From an uncultured Christensenellaceae bacterium (GTDB lineage Bacteria > Bacillota > Clostridia > Christensenellales > UBA3700), in assembly GCA_944381365.1 (NCBI GenBank), contig CALWKW010000008.1, positions 2,914 to 66,913 on the forward strand: a stretch of DNA of 64,000 nt. Reading direction: 5' to 3'. This document shows, in pieces, positions 1 through 9,795 of the stretch (within the stretch, counting starts at the first letter, position 1; each line of letters begins with the position of its first letter). Below the pieces are notes generated by a model, which saw nothing but the letters and a program-made list of their open reading frames with translations, was not told where the DNA came from and searched no databases. The position numbers and the translations under genes are program-made.

Positions 1-3000
1 CAAGTACATAAATCACTTTTTTATCGACTTTGACATTCATACACTCTTCTATTGCCATAGCATACAAGTCTAGCTGTTTGCGATATCTTTTGATTATTTC
101 TTCTTTTTTCTTTTTTGAAAACTTGAAGTCTACGAGTACATTTTCTCCGCCCTTGCCTTGTCCGTTGATAAACAAATCGACAGTTCCTTGCAAAAGCACT
201 TTATCCTCTACTTTGCCGCCCACAATCTCATTGTTTGGGATATTGAGCATAAATTGTTTTTCTCTGTAATGAGGATATTTAGCGGCTTTAGAAATCACTT
301 CATTTTTAAGACATTCAAGCACCGATTCTGGCTTTATGAGCTTTCTCTGCTCATTTGTGATAAGCTGTTTTTCAAGCATATAATCAAGCTGATTTTGAAC
401 ATCCTTTATGGTATAGCAATCAAAATCTATACATTCCATCACCCTGTGATAAGCTATACCTTCGTCAGCAAAAAGTCTCAAATCGTCATCGATTTCCGTA
501 TTATCCTTTATCTCGTCAGCTAAATCTTCGATATAATTTTTTATGTTTATTACATCAAAAGTCTTCTTTGGATTATGCTTTTCATAATCCATATTGTTTA
601 CTGCCGTGACGGTATATTTGACGGGAGTCTTTGTTGCCTCTATATCCTTATATTCTTTGTCAAAATAATCCAAAAACAAATCCAAAGTCTTTTTGTCGGG
701 CGACTTTCTGATGAGGTCATGCACTTCACTTTGTATATCGCATACCTCGTCTTCCTCTATATCAAAGGTGTATTTTTTTCTGAAGTCTTCGTTTTGCACT
801 GCGATATTATTGAGCCAGCCCCATATACTCTTGGGATTTTTGATAGGCTTGTCCGCAAAAACATCAGAAGTGGTCGCTGTCACATAAAGTCTGTTTCTTG
901 CTCTTGTGACCGCCACATAAAACAGCCTCATATATTCTTCGACAAATTCTTTTATCTTGATATCCTTAAGAAGCGACATTTGAATGCTGTTGTCATAACT
1001 TCTGTCTTCTGCATTGATATTCTTTATGGCTACGCCAAAATTTTTGTCGCACATTACAAGCGAATGAGTGGCGTCTATAGTATTGACTTGCTTTGCACTA
1101 TCCACAAGAAAGACTATCGGATATTCAAGACCTTTTGATGCGTGTATGGTGCTTGTCTTCACATAATCGCCCTGAAGCCCAACTTCTCCCGATACTTTTC
1201 CAAAATCCTCTACATCTTCTACTGCATTGGCAAATTTAGATACAGACGAATTGTAGGCTTTTTCTTCGAGCATTCCCACAAATTGTTCAAGTCCCATAAA
1301 TTCTGTCTTGCCGGTGTCAAAAGTGTTGAGATAAGTCTCGTAATCAAAATCGATTATGATTCGTCTTAAAAGCTGGCTTACGCTCATAAAGCCGCTTGCA
1401 AATCTATACTTGGACAACATATTGAAAAACTCTTTTAATTTTTTTGCAATGTCGTCATTTTTTTCGTCTTTATATTTTAATACGGCATTATAAAAGAATT
1501 TTTCGTCTTTGTATGCTTTTTTTATGGTAGCCATATCGCTGTATAACAACTTGCCAAAAATTTTGCTCGTAAGTATTGCTACCAAAGGGATATCGTTGTG
1601 ATGATTGTCAAGCACTTTTATAAAGTCAACAAAAAGCTCGATACTCGGATTGGATTTTTCATTGACTATATTGCTGCCGTCCACAGGGATACCAACAGAT
1701 TTCAATACTTCTACGATTTTTTCTACACCCTCGCTTCTTTTGGAGCATAAAATAGCAATATCGCCAAACTTGACATCTTTGAATTCCATCTCCCCGTCTG
1801 AATTCTTTGTCTGGATCTTGCAATTTCTGACAAGATTCAATATCTCTTTGGCTATGTATATGCCCTCTTCGTATTCGCTTTTTGACTGATTGAGCATGCT
1901 GTCTTTGACGCTGTAAATTTTGTCTTCGTCCAAAGGAATTGATAATTCTTCTTTGCTTTTTGAAAAAGTGGCTATTCTGATAGGTTGGTCTGTCTGTTCT
2001 GTATATTTTGTATTGCCAAGACTTAGCCTGCTTTCTTTTCTATAATCTATACCGCCTGTCTTCTTTGTCATGATTACATCGAAAATATCATTGACAAAAT
2101 CAATTACTTCTTTGCATGAACGATAATTGCTGTTTAGACTAAAGGGCCTTCCTGATGCCAAATCGCTTTGATAACATCTGTATTTGCCCAAAAAGATTTC
2201 GGGATCAGTCATTCTGAACTGATAAATACTTTGTTTTACATCCCCGACCATAAAAAGATTTTTTCCGTTTGACAATCTGGTGATAATATATTCCTGTACC
2301 GCATTGATATCCTGATACTCGTCCACGCAAATATAGTCATATCTGCCGCTTAATTCTTTTGCTATTTCATCGTTTTGCAAAAGTTTTACGGCATAATATT
2401 CAAGGTCGGCAAAATCCAGCTTGTTGTCTTTTTTCTTTAGCTTTGAATATTCTTTTGATACTGCTTTGACGATGTCCGCAAGCCTTTTGAGATATACAGA
2501 ATTTTTTTCACATAGACTTTGAATTTCTTCATAGCCCATACTGAGCTTTGACGATAAAGTATTGACAAAATCTTTGTATCTGTCATTAAAATTCTTATAC
2601 TCTGCCGCAATCTCTTTGTCAAAATCGTCTTTTTTAGCCGAAGGTACTCTGGGGAAATCCAAAGGAGCAAACTTTATTATACGGCATAAATCCTCAAAAT
2701 CTTTTGCATTGAAAATATTTTGCAAAAAGTCAAGCGAGCCTTGTATATGCTCCACTCTTTTTTGCATATCGTATTCTTTATAATAATCTTGTTTTTTATT
2801 GCCTTCTGTCAAAAAGTCAACGCATGTGTCCTTTACTTTTGCGGCAAAGTCTTTTGCAAGAGGAGTAGCGGAAAACTCTTTGTCATAACTGTCAAAAAAA
2901 GTCTTCTCCAGATACAAATCTCTGTCAAGCTGGGATTCGATAAAAGCATAAATTTTTTCGATTGTGCTGCAAAATTCTCTTTCTCCTCTAAAGTAGCTTA

Positions 3001-3493
3001 TGAGTATATCTATCTCGGGGTCGTATTTTGATTTGTACTGTTTTAAGACATTGGTCAAGGCTTTTTTGAAAAGCACTTGTCTTTCGCTGTCATCCACTAT
3101 ACTGAATGATGCGTCTATATCCAAAAAGTCAAAGTTTGTCTTTATAAGATTGCTGCAAAAAGCATGCAATGTGGATATCTCGGCAAGAGGCAAATCTTCA
3201 ATCTGCTCTCTCAAATATTCGTTTGGACACACACCGCTGTTTATGAGTTTTACAAGCTCATTGTTTATCTTGCTTTTCAATTCAGCCGCTACGGACTCAT
3301 TGAAAGTGACGGTGACTATGCGTCTTATTTTTACGGGAGCTCTGCCTTTTTCTTTGTTCCCTACCACAATACGCATAAGTCTTTCGAGCATAACGGCAGT
3401 CTTTCCGCTGCCTGCCGAAGCGGACACCAAAGTATTGTTGTCAATACTGTTGATAACATTTATCTGTTCGTCTGTCCACTCGATTTTTGACAT
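1..3493 (-). CDS. addA: ATP-dependent helicase/nuclease AddA (UvrD-like helicase plus RecB-type nuclease), 3' end cut by window edge
   Basis: Not in the ORF track because it runs off the window. Hand translation of the minus strand from ATG at 3493 gives MSKIEWTDEQINVINS..SASAGSGKTAVM (Walker A), ..CVDEYQDIN (DExx), TIHASKGLEYPIVF, YVAVTRARNRLY and a C-terminal GTVDLF..VLVDFKFS nuclease motif. The frame is open to position 2. It starts 1 nt after the addB stop. Confidence 0.85.
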   Translation of the reverse strand, partial: MSKIEWTDEQINVINSIDNNTLVSASAGSGKTAVMLERLMRIVVGNKEKGRAPVKIRRIVTVTFNESVAAELKSKINNELVKLINSGVCPNEYLREQIEDLPLAEISTLHAFCSNLIKTNFDFLDIDASFSIVDDSERQVLFKKALTNVLKQYKSKYDPEIDILISYFRGEREFCSTIEKIYAFIESQLDRDLYLEKTFFDSYDKEFSATPLAKDFAAKVKDTCVDFLTEGNKKQDYYKEYDMQKRVEHIQGSLDFLQNIFNAKDFEDLCRIIKFAPLDFPRVPSAKKDDFDKEIAAEYKNFNDRYKDFVNTLSSKLSMGYEEIQSLCEKNSVYLKRLADIVKAVSKEYSKLKKKDNKLDFADLEYYAVKLLQNDEIAKELSGRYDYICVDEYQDINAVQEYIITRLSNGKNLFMVGDVKQSIYQFRMTDPEIFLGKYRCYQSDLASGRPFSLNSNYRSCKEVIDFVNDIFDVIMTKKTGGIDYRKESRLSLGNTKYTEQTDQPIRIATFSKSKEELSIPLDEDKIYSVKDSMLNQSKSEYEEGIYIAKEILNLVRNCKIQTKNSDGEMEFKDVKFGDIAILCSKRSEGVEKIVEVLKSVGIPVDGSNIVNEKSNPSIELFVDFIKVLDNHHNDIPLVAILTSKIFGKLLYSDMATIKKAYKDEKFFYNAVLKYKDEKNDDIAKKLKEFFNMLSKYRFASGFMSVSQLLRRIIIDFDYETYLNTFDTGKTEFMGLEQFVGMLEEKAYNSSVSKFANAVEDVEDFGKVSGEVGLQGDYVKTSTIHASKGLEYPIVFLVDSAKQVNTIDATHSLVMCDKNFGVAIKNINAEDRSYDNSIQMSLLKDIKIKEFVEEYMRLFYVAVTRARNRLYVTATTSDVFADKPIKNPKSIWGWLNNIAVQNEDFRKKYTFDIEEDEVCDIQSEVHDLIRKSPDKKTLDLFLDYFDKEYKDIEATKTPVKYTVTAVNNMDYEKHNPKKTFDVINIKNYIEDLADEIKDNTEIDDDLRLFADEGIAYHRVMECIDFDCYTIKDVQNQLDYMLEKQLITNEQRKLIKPESVLECLKNEVISKAAKYPHYREKQFMLNIPNNEIVGGKVEDKVLLQGTVDLFINGQGKGGENVLVDFKFSKKKKEEIIKRYRKQLDLYAMAIEECMNVKVDKKVIYVL

Positions 3494-3494
3494 A

Positions 3495-6400
3495 TCAATC
3501 TCCTATTATTTCCTTGAATTCCTGCTCTTTTATGTCTTTTACTTTTCTAACTTTTAATATAGACCTGTCACATACATTGCGATAGTTGCAATAAGCACAG
3601 ACTTTTATATCGTCATCTTTAGGATCTATCGCAAGAGGCGACTTTGCTATATATCCCTCTTCTAATTCTTTTGCCGCTTTTGATGTGAGTTTTATCACAT
3701 AATCGCAAGTCTTTTTGAATTGCTCTGTGCTCAAAGCATAACCGCTTTTTTGAGCTTCCAATGACGCATTGTCTTTGGTGACTTTTCTTTTTATCGGATA
3801 GACAAGACTTGAAAAATTGCCGCCAGATTCAAAGCCCTTATCCAAGTCGTTGACAAGATTTTCATCGCTGTTGACAAAGCCTTTGTGCATAAATCTTTTT
3901 TCAAAGTCATCTCCGCCCTTTACGAATCTGTTGTTCATCAAAAGATAAAAGACGCCTTGAGGAGTAAGGCACTCGTTGTTCAAAAGTGCGTTGAGATAAA
4001 CAAAAAGCTGTATTCTGTCCCCGTAAATTATATTGGACGGAGCAAAATCTATGTTGTACTTAGACTTATAATCTATGACGATTGCTCTGTCTTTGTATCT
4101 GTCTATTCTGTCGATGACACCCACAAAAGACAACTTTCTGTATCCGTTGTCTATCTCCATACCTTTTAATCCGCCACGGCTCGTATTGCCGAAATAAGCT
4201 TCCAGCTTATAAGGCCTGAATTTTGTCATCTGCATATTCGCCACAAGGTTTTTGACTACATACACCGCTTGAGAGGAAAGCTGAACAAACATAAGAGTTT
4301 GGTTTTCGTCCTCAAGCAAAAACTTATAATCGTCATTTTCCTTTACCGATTGCAAAAACAATTCGGGCACGATTTTTTCTATCTCCGCTATGCTTTTATC
4401 TGCACAATCGGGAAGCGAAAAATATTTTTCCAGCGTTGCGTGCAAAAGTATGCCTGTATCTTTTACTTCGAGTCCGTTTATTTCTCTTGTCTTGAGTCCC
4501 AAGACATTCTCATTAAAATGCAAGAACGGACACTTAAAATATTTTTCAAACTGGCTGACAGAAGTATGATTGCCCTTGAACATTATGTCTTTGTCTTTTG
4601 TAAGCTCGTCTTCTTCTGTATCTCCAGCCAAAAGATTGTCCACATAAGTTTTTCCATACTTTTTCACTGATATATCATAAAGTATATCTATCGTCTTGGC
4701 GAAAGTATCCGAGACTTCCACTGCTCCTTGAGAAAAGAGCTTGGACAATGCAAGAAGCTCTTGAAGCACATTGCCTCTTGAGGATATATATCTTATGTAT
4801 TTATCTATATCCCAAGTCTGGTTTGGCTCGTCAATAGGCAAAGGCTTTGTATCAAAAAGATTGCAAATATAATTGAGAGTATTGCTCGGCAAAAGCTCTG
4901 CTCCAGAAACACTTGTCGAAGGATAACTTATGACGAGTTTTTTCTTTGCTCTTGTCAAAAGCATCAAAACATTGAGTCTTTCCAAAGCGTTTCTTCTTCT
5001 GCAATCGGGCTGAACATCTATTCCCATTCTTGACCAAGCCACATATTCTCTTTCGGCTACGATACCGTTGTCGCTGTGCTCGAGAGGAAATTTGCCGGAA
5101 GTAGCCCCAAGCACAAACATATAATCAATATCTTCGTATCTGCTCTGACTGCTCTCTCCGATAAAGACGCTGTCCACATAAAGCGGAATATTCGACATCT
5201 CCACGCTTTCGACTGCCGTCATAAAAATATTATAGAATTCTTCAAACTCCATTATATTGGAGCCAAGCATATTTTCGCATCTTTCCAAAAGAATATTGAT
5301 TTTTTGAAGCGATTGCATGGTAATACCCGACAATTCTTCAAATCCGTTGTCTTGCTGTTTTTTTGCAAGCGTATCTATAAGAATATCCGCATCGATATTT
5401 TTAAGAAAATCTCTCACTGCTTTTACATAAGAGCTTACATCGCCTTTCAATTCTCTTAAAGGTTTTAATATATCTATCAATCTTTTTCTTATGCCCTCGG
5501 CAATGTTTCTGTCTTTTTCTTCTCCTATCGAAAAAGGCGACAAAAATCTCGTGTATTCTATGCCGTACTTAAGACAATAATTTTCAAAAATACAGATATC
5601 GTCATATTCAAAAAGCAATAGTATTTGTTTTGCAAGTTCATACATATCGCCGCTTTCAAAATTTCCGATTACCGCTTTTATAGCCGCACTTATGAGCTTT
5701 GTTATCGCCTGCTCCTTCAAAGGTTGTTTGATATCTGCATAAAAGGGAATGGAAAAATTGTCAAACACGCTTTTAATGTATGGAGTATAACCTGAAAAGT
5801 CACAGCATACTATTGCGATATCTTTGTATCTTGCTCCTTTCGTACGCACGATATCGTTGATTTGTCTGGCTACGGTCTTTACTTCCTGAGCAATGTCTTT
5901 GCAAACTATAATTTCCGTGCGATTGTCTCTTTTTGTATTGAATGAAGGTGCATAGCCGTACAATTCTTCATTGATAATCTTGGCATCTCCGACAAGTTTT
6001 TCTTCGCAATAGCTTATTTTCGCTTTTTGTCCTATCTCATCAGCAATCGATAAAATTCTGTCTTTTACTTCTTTGGGGAAAATATGCTTATTTTCGCCAT
6101 TGCTGTCCACAAGACATATATAAGTATTCATGGAGTTTGTCATAATGGCTTTTATCGCCTCATACTCCACATTTGAAAAGGACATAAAGTCGGATATATA
6201 GATATTGCAATCGTTGAGACAGCCTTCATAAATCTTGTCCGTGAGAGCTTGCAATTTGCTTGTTCCGTCCGTATATCCTTTTTGCAAAAAATCTACATAT
6301 TCTCTATATATTCTGACGATATCTTTTGTCTTGTTGGCTACTCTTACGGGAAGTTTTTCGGCAATATCAGCCATCCTTTTGACAGGAATATTGCTGTTGC

Positions 6401-6761
6401 GGATTTGCGAGATAGCGGCATACATATCGTTTGCAAAATTGACGCTGTTTGACGCATTGGCAAAACAAAGCAAATCCTTTTTGTTTTCTTCTATGACTTT
6501 TCTCAAAAGCATCACTTCGGATTGCTTGTCCAAGACTTTTTTGTCATTTTCCAAAAGCTTGTTTGCAAGTCTGACAAAAGAAGTGACTTCTATATCGAAG
6601 CTGCCTTTTATATTCAAAAATTCAAGCACGGCTTTTTGATATGACAATGAAAATCTGTCCGGCACAAAAACCAGATGCTTTTTTGTCTTGTCAAGGCTGT
6701 TTTTAAGTTTGTCTAGAATGGGAAAACTATCCAAAGTATTTGTCAGAATCAATTCTATCAT
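3495..6761 (-). CDS. addB: Helicase-nuclease AddB subunit (RecB-type nuclease with 4-Cys Fe-S cluster; N-terminal Walker A absent)
   Basis: 1088 aa ORF immediately upstream of addA. The C-terminus has VIDRIDRY..VIDYKSK (nuclease D..D.K) and the Cys set KCPF...CAYCNYRNVC typical of the AddB iron-sulfur staple. The N-terminus MIELILTNTLDSFP lacks GxxGxGK[ST]. Confidence 0.8.
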   Translation of the reverse strand: MIELILTNTLDSFPILDKLKNSLDKTKKHLVFVPDRFSLSYQKAVLEFLNIKGSFDIEVTSFVRLANKLLENDKKVLDKQSEVMLLRKVIEENKKDLLCFANASNSVNFANDMYAAISQIRNSNIPVKRMADIAEKLPVRVANKTKDIVRIYREYVDFLQKGYTDGTSKLQALTDKIYEGCLNDCNIYISDFMSFSNVEYEAIKAIMTNSMNTYICLVDSNGENKHIFPKEVKDRILSIADEIGQKAKISYCEEKLVGDAKIINEELYGYAPSFNTKRDNRTEIIVCKDIAQEVKTVARQINDIVRTKGARYKDIAIVCCDFSGYTPYIKSVFDNFSIPFYADIKQPLKEQAITKLISAAIKAVIGNFESGDMYELAKQILLLFEYDDICIFENYCLKYGIEYTRFLSPFSIGEEKDRNIAEGIRKRLIDILKPLRELKGDVSSYVKAVRDFLKNIDADILIDTLAKKQQDNGFEELSGITMQSLQKINILLERCENMLGSNIMEFEEFYNIFMTAVESVEMSNIPLYVDSVFIGESSQSRYEDIDYMFVLGATSGKFPLEHSDNGIVAEREYVAWSRMGIDVQPDCRRRNALERLNVLMLLTRAKKKLVISYPSTSVSGAELLPSNTLNYICNLFDTKPLPIDEPNQTWDIDKYIRYISSRGNVLQELLALSKLFSQGAVEVSDTFAKTIDILYDISVKKYGKTYVDNLLAGDTEEDELTKDKDIMFKGNHTSVSQFEKYFKCPFLHFNENVLGLKTREINGLEVKDTGILLHATLEKYFSLPDCADKSIAEIEKIVPELFLQSVKENDDYKFLLEDENQTLMFVQLSSQAVYVVKNLVANMQMTKFRPYKLEAYFGNTSRGGLKGMEIDNGYRKLSFVGVIDRIDRYKDRAIVIDYKSKYNIDFAPSNIIYGDRIQLFVYLNALLNNECLTPQGVFYLLMNNRFVKGGDDFEKRFMHKGFVNSDENLVNDLDKGFESGGNFSSLVYPIKRKVTKDNASLEAQKSGYALSTEQFKKTCDYVIKLTSKAAKELEEGYIAKSPLAIDPKDDDIKVCAYCNYRNVCDRSILKVRKVKDIKEQEFKEIIGD

Positions 6762-6767
6762 AGTATT

Positions 6768-6796
6768 ATTGTACCAAGATTTGACAATAATGGCAA
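6768..6796 (-). promoter_or_regulatory. Candidate sigma-A promoter of addBA: TTGCCA-17-TACAAT, only 6 nt before the ATG
   Basis: Minus strand reads TTGCCA (6796-6791), a 17-nt spacer, TACAAT (6773-6768), aatact, then ATG at 6761. No SD is present. Confidence 0.45.
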
Positions 6797-6815
6797 TATA
6801 TTATTAAAATTTTTA

Positions 6816-6843
6816 TTGCAATTCTAAATTAATATGCTATAAT
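6816..6843 (+). promoter_or_regulatory. Candidate extended -10 promoter of the lipoprotein gene: TTGCAA-16-(TGc)TATAAT, 9 nt before the ATG
   Basis: Plus strand has TTGCAA 6816-6821, TGc then TATAAT 6838-6843, atatacatt, then ATG at 6853. No SD is present. Confidence 0.4.
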
Positions 6844-6852
6844 ATATACATT

Positions 6853-7902
6853 ATGAAAAAGAAATTTTTATTGTTAACAGTAGTAATCAGTCTTATAGTT
6901 CTTACGGTTTCTTTTGCGGGTTGTAGCGATGCTTTCAACGCAAACGATATCCGTGCTCTTATCGAGAACAACCTCGGCTGGCACAAACTAACAAAGACAG
7001 AAGTTGCCAGCTATGACGCATTTGACAAAGACGGCAAAAAAATCGGTGAATATACTATGTCCGTTGAGCTTATCAACAGAGAAGATGTCAAGATAAGTGC
7101 CATAAATTCTGACAATGACCAGACTCTCAAGCTTTTTACAGGCTATAAGTTTGTATCTTCTCTCACAATCGATGCCGATCCCGATTATGTTCAGATAGGC
7201 GAAAGCTATACGGGCTATAATCTCTCCCCTGTACTTTCTTATACAAGAAAAGTACAAAACGGAAAATCCACAGAGATTTTTACATCTTACGGAGATAAAA
7301 AAGCTCAGGCTACATTTATCATAGACGGCAAGAAGACGACAAGCGAAAGCAAGTATGCTACGAGCATTCACTGCGACAACACTTTCCTTTATCAATTCGC
7401 AAGAGCTACCGATATGTCCACTTCTCTTTCTGTGAACATTCCTTCTTATACCATTACTGAAGACCTCATTCAGGTATATAATCAGGCAATCAGCGTAGCT
7501 TATTCTTCAAACGCAAATATCACGCTTGACAAGACTTTTATTCTCAACAAAGAATTCAATGAAGTCACCACACCCAGCGGTGCTCCTAGCGGAGAAATAA
7601 CAAGCGGCAACACTATCAACAGCGGTGCTTTGGAAAGCGGTGACAAGCCCACTTCGACAGAAGACGAAAGCGGCAATATTACCACCACATATCCTTATAC
7701 CGAGACAGCAAGTATCCCTGTAAAGAAATGCACATTTACAGCAAGCAAAGACCTCAATATCAAAGCTTCTGTACAATGCTTTATTTCTACAAATCCTATC
7801 AAGAATGAGCTTGGCAAAGAAAATGCCTTTATCAATCGTGTAATCGTAATGATAAAAGAGGGCGACATAACATATAAGCTTACTTCTGTCGAATACAAAT
7901 AA
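6853..7902 (+). CDS. Hypothetical lipoprotein with Ser/Thr/Gly-rich linker
   Basis: N-terminus MKKKFLLLTVVISLIVLTVSFAGCSD is a signal peptide plus lipobox (FAGC). I recognise no catalytic motif. A strong terminator follows. Confidence 0.7.
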   Translation: MKKKFLLLTVVISLIVLTVSFAGCSDAFNANDIRALIENNLGWHKLTKTEVASYDAFDKDGKKIGEYTMSVELINREDVKISAINSDNDQTLKLFTGYKFVSSLTIDADPDYVQIGESYTGYNLSPVLSYTRKVQNGKSTEIFTSYGDKKAQATFIIDGKKTTSESKYATSIHCDNTFLYQFARATDMSTSLSVNIPSYTITEDLIQVYNQAISVAYSSNANITLDKTFILNKEFNEVTTPSGAPSGEITSGNTINSGALESGDKPTSTEDESGNITTTYPYTETASIPVKKCTFTASKDLNIKASVQCFISTNPIKNELGKENAFINRVIVMIKEGDITYKLTSVEYK

Positions 7903-7925
7903 AAGATATAATCATTAAAAAATCT

Positions 7926-7950
7926 CGGCACCTAGATGGTGCCGTTTTTT
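7926..7950 (+). terminator. Rho-independent terminator
   Basis: cggcacc-tagat-ggtgccg followed by tttttt. Confidence 0.8.
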
Positions 7951-8028
7951 ATATTTTATATTTATTCATTTATTTATAAAAATCATATACAATAGATTTT
8001 TGTCATATACTACATCAAGGAGAATTAT

Positions 8029-8946
8029 ATGACAAAATTATATTTTGACAATCCTAAAGGTATCGTACTCATTGACGGAGTGAGAGCTCAAAATTGTTTT
8101 GCACTTGATAAATCAGATTTTTGTATTCAATACATACCTTTTGACAATGAATATAAGCCAATCACTTATGCTGTCGACAAAAGATTGATTTCTACTGACG
8201 AAGTTTTTATCATCAAACACTGCGGCTGCATTGTTTTAAAATTCTGCCCTAGAAAAAAATATGTATATGAAGACTGTTATTTTCAAAAAACATTGAAGAT
8301 TGACGAGACAATCCACATTTTGAGCTGCAAGGCAGAAAGAGTTCACACCATTACATTAGAGACTCAAAATGAAATTTTTCACCTCCCTCTTTTTGCAAAA
8401 GCAAACAATATATCATTGAAAGGCTGCAAGATATCAGGAGGACAACTTATTCTCATAAAGGCAAATATAGGCAAAAAAACTTATGTCGCCGTAATTCATT
8501 ATGATGACGATTATACTCTTGTAATGTCCTTTCTTTGCGATAAGACTTATATCGACAACGGCAAAATAGTCGCAGAAGATTTTCTTTATGATTGTCTTCA
8601 AAGAAAATGCGTAAGAGTTTTGAGATTTTCAGACAATGCTTTTATAGAAGAATCCCGACACTTTGAATATGATTGCTACATAAATTATCCTGACGAACTT
8701 ATCCCCTATGTTTTGCTCGAAAGTATATGTGCAAAAGACGAAGATATGATACAAAGATATCTATCTGCCACCATAAGCGAAGACGACTTAAAAACCTTGT
8801 TAGGCGATTTTGTGGGTATTTGCGACTGCATCGAATATCGTCCTTATAGAGTCAATCTTATATACGCAGATTCAAGTGGCTTTTATACAAAAACTTTTGC
8901 TTTTGAAGTGTATGGCGGAAAAGTAAATTATGTGAATTGCGTGTAA
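8029..8946 (+). CDS. Hypothetical cytoplasmic Cys-rich protein (16 Cys in 305 aa), no recognised domain
   Basis: ORF with SD aaggaga 6 nt upstream of the ATG. No signal peptide or TM segment. Motifs HCGC and GICDC do not match any family I can name. Confidence 0.6.
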   Translation: MTKLYFDNPKGIVLIDGVRAQNCFALDKSDFCIQYIPFDNEYKPITYAVDKRLISTDEVFIIKHCGCIVLKFCPRKKYVYEDCYFQKTLKIDETIHILSCKAERVHTITLETQNEIFHLPLFAKANNISLKGCKISGGQLILIKANIGKKTYVAVIHYDDDYTLVMSFLCDKTYIDNGKIVAEDFLYDCLQRKCVRVLRFSDNAFIEESRHFEYDCYINYPDELIPYVLLESICAKDEDMIQRYLSATISEDDLKTLLGDFVGICDCIEYRPYRVNLIYADSSGFYTKTFAFEVYGGKVNYVNCV

Positions 8947-9017
8947 AACTTATATATAAAATTGCATATTGTTTTAATTTTGTGATATACTAAACAAAAA
9001 AAACACGGAGTAAAACA

Positions 9018-9743
9018 ATGTTTGAAACAATATTGATGATAGTCGCACTCTGTTTCTTTCCTCTTTTGATTTGGATGGTAGCAGCAAGCATCTCAGTGCG
9101 TACTACATTTAATAAATACAATCAAGTACCCGCAGAATGCGGTATGACGGCCAGAGAAGCCGCAAGAAAGATTTTGGATGCCAACGGACTTTTAAATGTT
9201 CAGATAGCAGGATGCGGCGGTACTCTTACCGACCACTATGACCCTAGAAACAATACCGTATATCTGTCTCAAGCTACTATGAACAGTAGCTCTCTTGCCG
9301 CAATAGGTGTCGCAGCCCACGAAGTAGGACATGCCATTCAGCACGCAGAAGAATACGGACCTATAAAGTTGAGATCTGCTCTCGTGCCTGTGGTCAACTT
9401 TACTTCAAGATTAATCACTCCTTTGCTTTTGATAGGATTGATATTTGAATTCTTAGCATATTCGGTAAGCATCAACATTTCTGCGATATTCTATATGGCA
9501 GCACTTATATGTTATATCGCTTATGCCCTGTTTACTTTTATTACTTTGCCTTGCGAATACAACGCAAGCAAAAGAGCAAAAGACCAACTTGAAGAATGCG
9601 GAATTTTAAATTCACAAGAGATTGCCGCTACAAAAAAAGTCTTGAGCAGTGCCGCAAAGACATATCTTATATCATTCTTGATATCTTTGGCACAAGTGGC
9701 GAGAATACTTTTGATGCTGCTAAGAACAAGGCGACACGATTAA
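9018..9743 (+). CDS. YugP-type membrane zinc metallopeptidase (Zn_peptidase_2 family)
   Basis: N-terminal TM segment, HEVGHAIQH zincin motif and C-terminal TM segments match the typical YugP layout. Confidence 0.8.
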   Translation: MFETILMIVALCFFPLLIWMVAASISVRTTFNKYNQVPAECGMTAREAARKILDANGLLNVQIAGCGGTLTDHYDPRNNTVYLSQATMNSSSLAAIGVAAHEVGHAIQHAEEYGPIKLRSALVPVVNFTSRLITPLLLIGLIFEFLAYSVSINISAIFYMAALICYIAYALFTFITLPCEYNASKRAKDQLEECGILNSQEIAATKKVLSSAAKTYLISFLISLAQVARILLMLLRTRRHD

Positions 9744-9754
9744 TTTGTTTAAAT

Positions 9755-9788
9755 TAAAAAAAGATGCACTTTTTGTGCATCTTTTTTA
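9755..9788. terminator. Bidirectional rho-independent terminator between convergent yugP-like gene and rplI
   Basis: aaaaaaa-agatgcac-ttttt-gtgcatct-ttttt. It has an A-run on one side and a T-run on the other. Confidence 0.75.
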
Positions 9789-9795
9789 TTGTCTT

